Shown: piece after piece, positions 47,461 through 57,180 of the stretch
How the letters are laid out: each line of letters starts with the position of its first letter
How positions within the stretch are numbered: position 1 is the first letter of the stretch
DNA from: Thermodesulfobacteriota bacterium
GTDB lineage: Bacteria; Desulfobacterota; Syntrophorhabdia; Syntrophorhabdales; JANXAF01
Assembly: GCA_025062045.1 (NCBI GenBank)
Contig: JANXAF010000002.1
Location: 6,765 to 70,764, forward strand
Direction: 5' to 3'
Length of the DNA stretch: 64,000 bases
Notes under the pieces: model-generated
Told to the model about the DNA's origin: nothing
The model's database searches: none
What the model saw: the letters and a program-made list of their open reading frames with translations, nothing else
Translations under genes and position numbers: made by a program

Positions 47461-49443
47461 ATGGCCTACGAATTTTTCGAGTCTGTCCTTGTCGTTTTTG
47501 GAATATCCGCATCGATAATATACCTCCTTGGAAAAGTAAAGCTTCCATCCATTGTTGGTTTCCTTTTAGCTGGCACTATTATAGGGCCCTATGGGCTTGC
47601 TCTCATCAAAGACATAAAGGATGTGGAAATGACGGCTGAGATCGGGATTATCCTTCTTATGTTTACTATTGGAATTGAGTTTTCTTTAAGCAAACTTTCG
47701 GCTTTAAAAAAGGAAGTCTTTTTATTCGGTTCTCTCCAAATACTTTCCACAACGGCAATATGTACGTTTTTCGGCTACTTCATTCTTGACACAAAACTTA
47801 CAAGTTCCATCTTTTACGGGTTCGTCATAAGTTTGAGTAGCACAGCCATTGTAATGAAGCTACTTGCCGAAAAAGGCGAGTTGAATACGAGACACGGAAG
47901 GATATGTGTCGGGATTCTTCTATTCCAGGATCTGTGCGTTATTCCCTTTATGCTCCTCACAAGGCTTTTTTCCGAGGCAGAAATCCAACTTGCAGGAGGC
48001 TACATTTTCACTCTTTTTAAATCGATTCTCATACTCTTTTTCGTTTTTACTTTTTCAAGAACTGCTGTTCCCTACCTCCTCCACGAAATAGGAAAGACGC
48101 GCATGAGAGAACTTTTCATCCTTGTCACCGTCCTTATATGCATGAGTACTGCTTACTTTACATCGAAACTCGGTCTTTCCTTAGCCCTGGGGGCATTTCT
48201 TGCAGGAGTTTTGATCTCAGAGTCAGAATATTCTTCGCAGGTTCTTTCTGATATGCTTCCGTTCAAAGAGATATTTTCGGGGATATTTTTCATTTCCGTG
48301 GGGATGCTCCTCGATCTCGACTTTTTGAAACTAAGGTTTTTTGAGGGGCTTCTACTCGTTGGCACCGTCATTTTTATTAAAGCCTCTGCAATCTTTTTTA
48401 CAATCTACCCATATTTGAGGTCATTGAAGATCACCCTTAGGGCAGGTTTTTTTCTCGCCCAGATAGGAGAGTTCTCCTTTATTCTCGCCTTTGCCGGAAA
48501 GATGGCGGGTTTGATCGATGATTTTGAATATCAGACTTTTATAACGATAACCGTAGTGTCAATGCTACTTACTCCTGTAACTATGAAGTATACACCTGGT
48601 TTCGTGGATTTTCTTACCAAGAGAAGACCATTTTACTTTCTCGAAAAGACAAGTAGATTGAAGGATGGGGAGATACCGGTAAGAAAGACAAACCACGTAA
48701 TCATAATAGGTTTTGGCTTAAACGGAAGAAATTTGGCACGAGTTCTTAAAGAGTCCCAGATACCCTACGTAATTCTTGAGCTTAATCCCGAAACTGTCAG
48801 GAAATCGCGTAAAAGAGGCGAACCCATATACTACGGTGATGGAACAAGTCCCGAGATTTTAAGAAAATTGGGTATACGGTTCGCGAAAGTCCTTGTCGTT
48901 GCGATTTCAGATCCGATAGCTACCAAAAGGATAGTAGAAATCGCAAGGATGGAAAACCGAAAACTACACATAATTGTAAGAACACGCTACGTATCAGAGA
49001 TGGAAGAACTTCTGGCGCTTGGGGCAGATGAGGTGATTCCTGAGGAGTTTGAAACATCTCTCGAAATCTTCGGGCGCGTACTACACCACTTTGGCGTTCC
49101 AAGAAACAAGATTTTAGAAAAGATAGAAACTATAAGAAGCGACGGGTACAAAACCCTAAGGGCTGACACACTTGCCAAAACGAGGGTTGGTTTGGAGTGC
49201 TTCGTGGTGGAGGGGCTTGAAATGGATAGTTACTTTGTCGAAAAGGACTCTTGGATTTGCGGTAAATCGATAAGGGATATCGATCTCAGGGCAAAAACGG
49301 GCGCTACGATTATAGCGGTAAGGCGAAACGAAACTAATATACTTAATCCAGACCCTGACCTTCCAATAAGAGAGGGCGATATCCTAATCTACATTGGAAC
49401 AAAGGATCAGCTTCTATCAGCCTTTCACTACCTGAGTAAGTGA
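47461..49443 (+). CDS. Monovalent cation:proton antiporter-2 (KefB/KefC-like) with TrkA-N and TrkA-C (RCK) domains
   Basis: It has about 12 TM segments, then a Rossmann motif IIIGFGLNGRNLA and a C-terminal RCK_C (GKSIRDIDLRAKTGATIIAVRR). Its length is 660 aa. Confidence 0.88.
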   Translation: MAYEFFESVLVVFGISASIIYLLGKVKLPSIVGFLLAGTIIGPYGLALIKDIKDVEMTAEIGIILLMFTIGIEFSLSKLSALKKEVFLFGSLQILSTTAICTFFGYFILDTKLTSSIFYGFVISLSSTAIVMKLLAEKGELNTRHGRICVGILLFQDLCVIPFMLLTRLFSEAEIQLAGGYIFTLFKSILILFFVFTFSRTAVPYLLHEIGKTRMRELFILVTVLICMSTAYFTSKLGLSLALGAFLAGVLISESEYSSQVLSDMLPFKEIFSGIFFISVGMLLDLDFLKLRFFEGLLLVGTVIFIKASAIFFTIYPYLRSLKITLRAGFFLAQIGEFSFILAFAGKMAGLIDDFEYQTFITITVVSMLLTPVTMKYTPGFVDFLTKRRPFYFLEKTSRLKDGEIPVRKTNHVIIIGFGLNGRNLARVLKESQIPYVILELNPETVRKSRKRGEPIYYGDGTSPEILRKLGIRFAKVLVVAISDPIATKRIVEIARMENRKLHIIVRTRYVSEMEELLALGADEVIPEEFETSLEIFGRVLHHFGVPRNKILEKIETIRSDGYKTLRADTLAKTRVGLECFVVEGLEMDSYFVEKDSWICGKSIRDIDLRAKTGATIIAVRRNETNILNPDPDLPIREGDILIYIGTKDQLLSAFHYLSK

Positions 49444-50028
49444 TTCTGAGGAAAATATCGATGTAAGAAGATAAAGCGCTTGGAGATAAGAAGTTGGACA
49501 GAGGGGAAAACATTCTTTGCACCTGGCACACTCTTTAGATGCCACTTCTGGTATAAAACGGACTTCTCTTTTTAGCCCGCTTTCCATAAAAGTAATAGCG
49601 TACTTTTTCTTGATCTCCGCACAGTATCTAACACATAAACCACAAAGTATGCAGAATACAGGTTCTTTTGGAAATTTACCGTCTTCGGCCTGATACTCCT
49701 CTTTGAGCTTTTTGAGTTCGGGGGCTTCAGGAGCTCGGGCGAGTAAAAGTTCCACGATGATTTTTCTTATCTTTTCGACTTGAGGTGTCCTTGTCCTCAC
49801 AATAAGTCCCTCTTCAACTGGATAAAGACATGATACAACATAAGTTATTCTTCCTTTCGTCTCTATCTCCACGGTGCAGAGCCTGCAACCACCGTAAGGT
49901 TCTAGATCTTTCCTGTAACATAGAGTCGGAATCTCTATCCCTTCTTTAAAAGCTACATCTAGAATCGTCGTACCCTTTTCTGCCTTAACTTCCCTTCCGT
50001 CTATGACTATTTTTACGTCTGACATCAT
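49417..50028 (-). CDS. bamI: Class II benzoyl-CoA reductase BamI-like subunit (NuoG N-terminal-like [2Fe-2S]/[4Fe-4S] protein)
   Basis: It has IDGREVKAEKGTTILDVA...CYRKDLEPYGGCRLC (plant-type 2Fe-2S) and CILCGLCVRYC. It is the last gene of the bam-like operon. Confidence 0.8.
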   Translation of the reverse strand: MMSDVKIVIDGREVKAEKGTTILDVAFKEGIEIPTLCYRKDLEPYGGCRLCTVEIETKGRITYVVSCLYPVEEGLIVRTRTPQVEKIRKIIVELLLARAPEAPELKKLKEEYQAEDGKFPKEPVFCILCGLCVRYCAEIKKKYAITFMESGLKREVRFIPEVASKECARCKECFPLCPTSYLQALYLLTSIFSSESLTQVVKG

Positions 50029-51695
50029 TAACCCTCTCTTTTTAATCTCGATTCAAACTCGTGCCAAAAGTATTTGAGAGCGTTCTCAAGGGGATACGAT
50101 GCAGTTCTTCCAAGCGCGCAAAGGGATGCCTTTCTTTGAGCGTCGCATATTTCTTTTATGGTCTCTATGTCTTTTTTCGTGCCTTTACCCTCTCTTATCC
50201 TGTTTAGCAAGTTTTTTATCTGCCTTATCCCTTCCCTACATGGAACGCATTTCCCACACGATTCACCAGACAAGAAGTCTAAAAAGTAGAGAACTACTTC
50301 CAGCATATCGTCTGTCTCATCAAGAACAAGAAGCCCTCCCGCTCCTATTGGAGCTCCATACTCAGCCAAAGTATCGAAGTCCAACGGCAGATCGATCAAA
50401 TCTTTGGGGATCGATCCGCCCATCGCCGATCCTAGATGGACAGCCTTTAGAGCCCTTCCGTTTGTTGTTCCCCCACCAATCTCGTAGACTATCTCTCTGA
50501 GTGTAATTCCGAAGGGAACTTCAATAACACCAGCGTTCTTTATTTTTCCAGAAAGCGATATGAGTTTCGTTCCTTTACTTTTTTCTGTCCCTATAGCCGA
50601 ATACCATTCGGATCCTTTTGCCACAATTAGAGGAACATTTGCCCACGTTTCAACGTTATTGAGATTGCTCGGTCTCTCGTATATCCCACTTACGGAAGTC
50701 CTTATGTATTTTGGCCTCGGTTCCGGGACCCTCCCTTCTATCGATCTCATAAGCGCACTCGATTCGCCTGAAACGAATATCCCTATATCCAAATGGATCT
50801 CTACATCAAAATCGAAACCACTTCCCATTATGTTTTTCCCGACAAACCCATACTCTTTTGCTCTCTTTAATGCCACTTCCACGTTCCTTTTTAAGCTCGG
50901 CGAGTCATGTCTCAAGTATATAAAGCCCTCTTTCGCACCTATGGCATACGCACCTATTATCAAACCTTCAAGGACTAGGTGTGGATTCCCTTCTAGGATC
51001 GCCCTGTCCATGTAGGCACCGGGTTCGCCCTCGTGGGCGTTTACGATGACATATTTTATTTCTCCTTTTGCGTTTTTAGTTGTCTCCCACTTCTGACCAG
51101 CCGGAAATCCACCTCCTCCCCTACCTCGGAGATTTGCCTTTTTTATCTCTTCGAGAATTCCATCCGGCGACATCTCAAAGAGTGCTTTAGCCAAAGCAGA
51201 ATATCCACCTATTGCTATGTAATCCTCAATGCTTGTGGGATCGATTCTGGAATTATATTCGAGAATGTATCTCGTCTGCTTTTTGTAAAATGGGATCTCC
51301 TTTAGTTTTTGGATCCTACCTAAAGCTGGGTCTTCGTAGGTGAGTCTTTCCACTATCCTTCCAGAAAGTAATGTCTCTTCTATTATTTCCTCCACATCTT
51401 CCACTTTAACTTGGAGATAGCATATCTCTTCGGGATAAATTATGATGCTCGGCCCAGAAGAACAGAATCCATGACAACCCGTAAGCTTGACTTCTACCTT
51501 ACCTTTGAGCCCTTTTTTTTCTATTCCTTCCCTTAGGAGATGAGCAATCTTCGGACCCGATAACGCTCGACACGCCGCACCTCCACAAACGGAGATCGTC
51601 TTTTCCATAAGGGTTAGACGAGACTCAAGTATCTTTTTGAGCTCGAGAAACTCTTGGTAAGAATTTATCCGTTGCATAGTCCTTCCTTTTTTCAA
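50028..51695 (-). CDS. bamH: BamH-like subunit (NuoF-like NAD(P)H/FMN-binding iron-sulfur flavoprotein)
   Basis: It has the FMN/NADH site GRGGGGFPAGQKWE and the [4Fe-4S] motif SCGKCVPCREG. The TTG start at 51695 overlaps the bamG TGA, and the ATG at 51677 (MQRINSY) is an alternative start. Confidence 0.85.
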   Translation of the reverse strand: MKKGRTMQRINSYQEFLELKKILESRLTLMEKTISVCGGAACRALSGPKIAHLLREGIEKKGLKGKVEVKLTGCHGFCSSGPSIIIYPEEICYLQVKVEDVEEIIEETLLSGRIVERLTYEDPALGRIQKLKEIPFYKKQTRYILEYNSRIDPTSIEDYIAIGGYSALAKALFEMSPDGILEEIKKANLRGRGGGGFPAGQKWETTKNAKGEIKYVIVNAHEGEPGAYMDRAILEGNPHLVLEGLIIGAYAIGAKEGFIYLRHDSPSLKRNVEVALKRAKEYGFVGKNIMGSGFDFDVEIHLDIGIFVSGESSALMRSIEGRVPEPRPKYIRTSVSGIYERPSNLNNVETWANVPLIVAKGSEWYSAIGTEKSKGTKLISLSGKIKNAGVIEVPFGITLREIVYEIGGGTTNGRALKAVHLGSAMGGSIPKDLIDLPLDFDTLAEYGAPIGAGGLLVLDETDDMLEVVLYFLDFLSGESCGKCVPCREGIRQIKNLLNRIREGKGTKKDIETIKEICDAQRKASLCALGRTASYPLENALKYFWHEFESRLKREG

Positions 51696-52138
51696 AGGAT
51701 CTTTTCGATTACATTCTTTAAGTCCTCGGCCTTTATCCCCACGTAAACTTCACCATCCACTTCTATTTCTGGCCCAAGAGCGCATCTCCCAGAGCAAGAC
51801 GATGTTTCAAGCTTAAATTTCATATCGAGAGTCGTCTCCCCTTCCTCAATTCCTAGCAAGTTTTTTAGTTCCTCCAGTATCTTTTTGCCTCCCCGGAAGC
51901 AGCAAGAAGAACCCATGCATACCTTAACGGTGTGGTCAGCACGCGGTATTAAACTAAAGGCTTTATAGAAACTCGCCATTCGGAATATCTCGCCCGGTGG
52001 CAAAGATAGTTTTTCGCCAAGATAGAAGACGGACTCCCTAGGAATGTAACCTTTCTCATGCTGGATGTCTATTAGCATCTCTACGAGGTAATTTCGTTTA
52101 CCGTTATACTTGGCAATTATTCTATCTAGCCACTCCAT
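51692..52138 (-). CDS. bamG: BamG-like subunit (NuoE-like thioredoxin-fold [2Fe-2S] protein)
   Basis: It has CMGSSCC...CSGRCALGP spacing typical of NuoE/HoxE and is 148 aa. Confidence 0.85.
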   Translation of the reverse strand: MEWLDRIIAKYNGKRNYLVEMLIDIQHEKGYIPRESVFYLGEKLSLPPGEIFRMASFYKAFSLIPRADHTVKVCMGSSCCFRGGKKILEELKNLLGIEEGETTLDMKFKLETSSCSGRCALGPEIEVDGEVYVGIKAEDLKNVIEKIL

Positions 52139-52890
52139 CTTGGGCTCCTTCTGGTCTCTGATATTAAAAATCCTTCCCTTTCTAACTCTCCCAAAAGCTT
52201 AATGGCCTTACGCATTTCCAATTCACGAGATTCTTCTAGCCAAGCTTTGGGGTCTATTCCTTTCTTTCTTGATCTTAGGATAAGGACCATCCTTATCTTG
52301 TCGAGTATAAGCTTCTCGATCATCCTCTCTACATCCCTATCATTGAAAAGTTCATCTATGGCCTTTACGCTATTTTCAGGGAACCTCAGTCTTTCCCTCT
52401 CAACCAGCTTTATATATGGTAAGAGACTGAGTACCGCATCTAGCCTTTCGGTAAGGACTTCTTGTGCCAAATTTTCTTTCTTTCCTATTGGGCCTAAATC
52501 CTTCATCTCTTTGATGAAACTATTCATGACCTCCGCAAATCTCACCCCTTCTGCCGACGAGAGGAACTCCATCCTTAGCCTTTTGGGATCTAACCCTATA
52601 AAGCCGAAGATTCTTTTTAAAAGCAGTGTCATGGCGTAAGCGTGCAGATTCCCGTCCGTTGCATAATGGCATTCCCCAGGAAGACAGCCTACTATTATGA
52701 TCCCGTCTGCCCCTTCCTTTAGGGATGTTATCACGAAGGAAGGGTCAACCCTTCCTGTGCACATTACACGGATTAACCTGATATCTGGGGGGTATTGCAG
52801 CCTGGAAACTCCAGCCAGATCGGCTGCCCCGTACCCTCACCAAAAACAAACAAAGCCTATTAGTTTTGGTGCGTATTCGAAGGTGTTCAT
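52126..52890 (-). CDS. bamF: BamF-like subunit (MvhD-like), predicted selenoprotein with an in-frame UGA (codon 18, 52837-52839)
   Basis: An AGGAGG SD precedes the ATG at 52890. Translation gives MNTFEYAPKLIGFVCFW-TGA-GYGAADLAGVSRLQYPPDIRLIRVMCTGRVD..., in frame with the ORF-track fragment 52126-52764. The TGA aligns with the second Cys of the MvhD motif CxWCxY. Confidence 0.8.
52790..52836 (-). promoter_or_regulatory. Candidate bacterial SECIS hairpin immediately 3' of the bamF UGA
   Basis: On the mRNA, positions +4 to +50 can form GGGUA/UACCC, GCAGC/GCUGC and CUGG(A)/(U)CCAG stacked stems. The apical loop lies about 26-34 nt after the UGA. Confidence 0.5.
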
Positions 52891-52898
52891 CTTCCCTC

Positions 52899-55800
52899 CT
52901 AGTCCTTTTCCTTATAAGCCTTAAGCCCCTCTCTTATCTGTGTCAAAAGTTGATTATCTGTGAAATGCTTAAGCTGGATAGCGTTCGTCGGACATTTAGC
53001 ACAGCAAAGTCCATCGCCTTTGCATAAAACTGGATTGACTTTAGCCTTCTTTCCTTTTTCCGTCTCGTAAAAGTCTACTGCGCCGTAAGCACACACAGAT
53101 ATGCAAGCACCACAAGACACACACGCGTCTTCGTCCACTTCGCACACGGATCCAGAAGCATAAACATATTCACTCGAAAGAACTGTTATCGCCCTTCCTG
53201 CCGCACCATATGCTTGATTTACAGTCTCGTTTATGTGTTTTGGATAATGGGCCATTCCGCACAAAAATACTCCTTCCGCGGAGAAATCGACAGGCCTTAG
53301 CTTCACATGGGCCTCTTGGAAGAATCCGTCCGGGTTCAAGGGAACTTTAAAAAACTTTGAAATCTCACGGTTCTTCTTGGAAGGAACTACAGCCGAAGCA
53401 AGAACGAGTATATCAGCTTCCAGCTCGAGCTCTTTCTTCATGATTCGATCCAGAACAACTATTTTCATCAATTCCTTTCCATTAAATGTTTGGACTTTAA
53501 GTTCTGGCGGTCTTTCGACATCATACCGTATGAAGCGAACGTTCTTACCCTGGGCTTCCCTATAATACTCCTCAAAGAACCCATATGTCCTCATATCCCT
53601 AAAGAGGATGTATATGTCTTTGTCGGGATATCTCTCTTTCACCTTCAATGCATTTTTAATCGAATGGCTACAGCAGATTCTGCTACAGTAATTCCTCTCC
53701 CTATTCCTTGAACCGACACACTGGATCATAACTATTGAATTTGCTTCTTTTAAAATCACGTCATCCTTTGCCACCACTTCCTCAAATTCCAGGTTTGTTA
53801 ACACAGATTTGAGCGTGCCGTATCCGTACTCATTAGGCTTTAGCTCTTCCGCCCCGACAGCTATTATCGCAACCCCATGTTTTATGACAGAGATTTGGTC
53901 CTTTGTCCTTATCCGTGTCTCAAAATTCCCGATGTATCCTGACACATCCACGATCTCCGAATTCGTCCTCACATGGATCCTGGGATCAGAATGAACCTGT
54001 CTTATAAGCTCCTCGGTGTAAGATCGAATGTCGAACCCATCTAAGGTAAAGTAGAGCTTTTTTGCGTATCCCCCAAGCTCTTTCTCCTTCTCAATAAGAT
54101 AAACCTCATAGCCCTGTCTCGCTATGCTTAGCGAGCAGACCATTCCGGCGATACCGCCGCCAACGACCAGAGCCCTTTTGTCAATGGGCAGTTTCAGCTC
54201 CTCAAGAGGTGCAAGATGCACAGCCCTCGCAACTGCCATTCTTACTATGTCTTTGGCTTTTTTTGTGGCAAGTCTTTTCTCTTTGGGATGGACCCATGAA
54301 CAGTGCTCTCTTATGTTAGCCATCTCGAAGAAATACTGATTGATTCCCCCTTCCCTTAGCGTATCACGAAATAGGGGTTCGTGGGTTCTCGGTGTACATG
54401 CAGCGACAACCACTCTGTTTAATTTTTTTTCCTTTATGACTTCCGCTATTTCCTTTGCGGTATCAGTGGAGCACGCAAATATGGACTCTTGGGCATGTAC
54501 GACGTATTTTAATTTTGACGCAAATTCAACCACTTCCGGCACATTGACAACCCTACCTATATTGGCGCCGCAGTGGCACACAAACACCCCGACTCGGATC
54601 TCCTCACCTTTGGTATCCCTTTCTTCTGGGTAAACCCTCTCCTTCGTTAGAAGGTTTCTCCTTATTGTCAGTAACTCTCCGCACTGGCTTGCGGCACCAC
54701 TTCCTGAAACTACCGATTCTGGAATGTCCATGGGGCCAAGAAATGCGCCGCTTACAAATATGCCGGGCCTTGAACTTTTGATCGGGTTCGAAAGTGAGGA
54801 TTTGGAGAATCCGTATCCGTTAAGCTCGATTCCAAACTTTTTTGCAAGTTCGTCATGTCCTTGAGGAGGCCTGAGCCCGACCGAGAGTACCACCATATCG
54901 AACTCTTCTTCCTTTACTCCTTCTTCTGTGGCATATTTGATTCTTAGGTTTTTCGTCTCCTCGACTTCACGTTCCAAAGAGACATAGCTCCTTATGAACC
55001 GAACACCACTAAGGTTCGACGCTCTCTCATAAAACCTTTCGAAGTCTTTTCCAAAGGCCCTTATATCATTATGAAAGACCACGCATTCACACTCCGGTTC
55101 GTGCTCCTTTGTAAGGATCACCTGTTTCTGCGTATAGGCACAGCATACTGATGAACAATAAGGAGATCCGGGTTCCCTTACAGTTCTTGATCCAACACAC
55201 TGTATCCAGGCAACCTTTTTCGGATGAGTCTTATCCGATCTCCTTAATATCTCCCCCTCATAGGGACCGGTTGAACAGAGTAGTCTTTCGTATTCGAGGC
55301 TCGTTATTACGTTTTCGTAAAGTCCGTATCCAAACTCGGCTGTAAGAAAGGGATCAAAGACTTCAAATCCCGGTGCGAGTATTATCGCTCCTACTTCTAT
55401 CTCCTCCCTTTTCGGCTTTTGAAAAAGGTCTATCGCTCTATTCTTACATACTCCCGCACATATTGAACATTTTTCACCACCAAGGTAAAGACAGTTGTCC
55501 CTCTCTATGTATGCAACAAGGGGAACCGCCTGAGAGAAATAAACGTGGATCGCCTTGTTTTTGGAGAGCCTCTCGTTGTATTCGTCATCCACTTTTATCG
55601 GACAGAACTCGGTGCAAAGCCCACATCCCGTGCATTTACTCTCATCTATGTACCTAGGCTTTTTTATTAGTGTCACAGTAAATTCAGGATATTCTCCTTC
55701 GACTTTTTCGATCTCAGTGTAAGTTAGAATCTCTATGTTTGGATGTCTGCTACACTCCACAAGTTTAGGAGACTCTATGCACATTGAGCAATCGTTCGTA

Positions 55801-56009
55801 GGAAACGTTTTGTCCAGCTTCGCCATGTGTCCGCCTATTCCAGGAGCCCTTTCAACGAGATAGACCCTAAAACCTGACGAAGCAAGATCTAAAGAAGCCT
55901 GAATTCCACTTATGCCACCTCCCACAACCATTACATCCGCAATCTTTTTCCTCTCAAAGTCTTTAATGAGTTCTAGTATCCTTTCCTTCGTTATTATTTC
56001 CCCTCTCAC
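52899..56009 (-). CDS. bamE: BamE-like subunit: tandem HdrA-like FAD/iron-sulfur protein (1036 aa)
   Basis: It has two FAD-binding starts (VVGGGISGIQASLDLA, VVGGGIAGMVCSLSIA) and two CVGSR...YCS..CC blocks. It also has an inserted and a C-terminal 2x[4Fe-4S] ferredoxin domain. Confidence 0.88.
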   Translation of the reverse strand: MRGEIITKERILELIKDFERKKIADVMVVGGGISGIQASLDLASSGFRVYLVERAPGIGGHMAKLDKTFPTNDCSMCIESPKLVECSRHPNIEILTYTEIEKVEGEYPEFTVTLIKKPRYIDESKCTGCGLCTEFCPIKVDDEYNERLSKNKAIHVYFSQAVPLVAYIERDNCLYLGGEKCSICAGVCKNRAIDLFQKPKREEIEVGAIILAPGFEVFDPFLTAEFGYGLYENVITSLEYERLLCSTGPYEGEILRRSDKTHPKKVAWIQCVGSRTVREPGSPYCSSVCCAYTQKQVILTKEHEPECECVVFHNDIRAFGKDFERFYERASNLSGVRFIRSYVSLEREVEETKNLRIKYATEEGVKEEEFDMVVLSVGLRPPQGHDELAKKFGIELNGYGFSKSSLSNPIKSSRPGIFVSGAFLGPMDIPESVVSGSGAASQCGELLTIRRNLLTKERVYPEERDTKGEEIRVGVFVCHCGANIGRVVNVPEVVEFASKLKYVVHAQESIFACSTDTAKEIAEVIKEKKLNRVVVAACTPRTHEPLFRDTLREGGINQYFFEMANIREHCSWVHPKEKRLATKKAKDIVRMAVARAVHLAPLEELKLPIDKRALVVGGGIAGMVCSLSIARQGYEVYLIEKEKELGGYAKKLYFTLDGFDIRSYTEELIRQVHSDPRIHVRTNSEIVDVSGYIGNFETRIRTKDQISVIKHGVAIIAVGAEELKPNEYGYGTLKSVLTNLEFEEVVAKDDVILKEANSIVMIQCVGSRNRERNYCSRICCSHSIKNALKVKERYPDKDIYILFRDMRTYGFFEEYYREAQGKNVRFIRYDVERPPELKVQTFNGKELMKIVVLDRIMKKELELEADILVLASAVVPSKKNREISKFFKVPLNPDGFFQEAHVKLRPVDFSAEGVFLCGMAHYPKHINETVNQAYGAAGRAITVLSSEYVYASGSVCEVDEDACVSCGACISVCAYGAVDFYETEKGKKAKVNPVLCKGDGLCCAKCPTNAIQLKHFTDNQLLTQIREGLKAYKEKD

Positions 56010-56025
56010 CTTTCTTCCCCTTCTT

Positions 56026-57177
56026 TCAAGTTACCTCATTTATAATCTCTGTCAGATCCTTAATCTGCAAGCCTTCTTCATATCCTAGAACCAATCTACT
56101 GTCTTCTAACGCAGTAATACAGTAAGGACATGCACTCACAATGTAGTTCACGCCTAGTCTTACCCCCTCTTTTACCCTTATATTCGAGAATCTCTCAGTT
56201 TTTTCAGTCTCCGCCCATATCCTTCCACCACCCATTCCGCAACAGAGACTCGAAGCTCTATTCTCCCGAAATTCCAAGACTTTAAGAGAGTCAACCGACG
56301 CTAACACCTTCCTCGGTTCCTCGAAAATGCCACTGTGTCGCCCTAGATAGCATGGATCGTGATAGACAGCACATCCATTCATCTTTTTATCTATGGAGAG
56401 TCTTTTTGACTCTATGAGCTTATATATGTACTCAGATATGTGGACGATTTCGAAACTCGCCCCAAAGATGGGATACTCGTATTTGAAAGTGTAGTAGCAG
56501 TGGGGAGAGGAGGTAACTATTCTTCTTACACCAAAGTCGACGAATCTTTTTATGTTTTCTTTGGCAAGCCTTTTAAATACATCTTCGTTTCCAGTCTTTC
56601 TTATACTTTCTCCGCAGCACATCTCAAAATCCCCTAAAATACCGAAATCCACTTTCGCCTTCTTAAGCAATTGAACCTGGGCTTTAGCTACATTTTTAAG
56701 CCTCGGATCGTAACACATATAGCAGCAGACGAATAAAAGAATTTCCATCCCTTCTTCGTAAGTCGGCACATGGAGCTCTTCTGCCCATCTTGAACGTTCT
56801 TTCGGATCTTCATTGAATGGGTTTCCCGAAGATGTAAGGTACGTGGCAACCTGTCTATAAGTTTTTACTGAAGCTGGAAAAACTCCGTAAGATGTTGCCA
56901 TTCTCCTTAAGGCAACCATATCCTCTATTTGCCTTACATCCCTAGGACACAGAAGAACACACTTTCCACACGTTGTGCAGATCCAGATGTCCTCTTTTTC
57001 TATCTCCGAAAGTCCAAATGTGGCATCTCTTATTATCTTCCTTACACTTAAAGTTCTTACCCGATTCCACGGGCATACGGCATCGCACTTACCACACTGG
57101 TAACAGTACTTTATTCTCTCGCCACCGTACCTATATATCTCTTCTATAACCTCTTTTTCGGGGACGAACCTTTCCAT
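56026..57177 (-). CDS. bamD: BamD-like subunit (HdrD-like: 2x[4Fe-4S] plus two CCG domains)
   Basis: It has CYQCGKCDAVCP and CTTCGKCVLLCP, followed by the CCG motifs MCCGES and LCCGMGGG. Its length is 383 aa. Confidence 0.85.
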   Translation of the reverse strand: MERFVPEKEVIEEIYRYGGERIKYCYQCGKCDAVCPWNRVRTLSVRKIIRDATFGLSEIEKEDIWICTTCGKCVLLCPRDVRQIEDMVALRRMATSYGVFPASVKTYRQVATYLTSSGNPFNEDPKERSRWAEELHVPTYEEGMEILLFVCCYMCYDPRLKNVAKAQVQLLKKAKVDFGILGDFEMCCGESIRKTGNEDVFKRLAKENIKRFVDFGVRRIVTSSPHCYYTFKYEYPIFGASFEIVHISEYIYKLIESKRLSIDKKMNGCAVYHDPCYLGRHSGIFEEPRKVLASVDSLKVLEFRENRASSLCCGMGGGRIWAETEKTERFSNIRVKEGVRLGVNYIVSACPYCITALEDSRLVLGYEEGLQIKDLTEIINEVT

Positions 57178-57180
57178 TGG

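Noticed and set aside
47445-47639. A 64-aa ORF at the start of the antiporter gene
   Set aside because: It is out of frame with, and nested in, the well-supported 660-aa CPA2 gene and shows no independent signals.
52765-52898. An apparent 134-bp intergenic gap, or a truncated bamF pseudogene
   Set aside because: The gap translates in frame into conserved MvhD N-terminal sequence on both sides of a single TGA. It has a strong SD and ATG, and the TGA sits at a conserved Cys column with a hairpin downstream. Recoding is more likely than gene decay.
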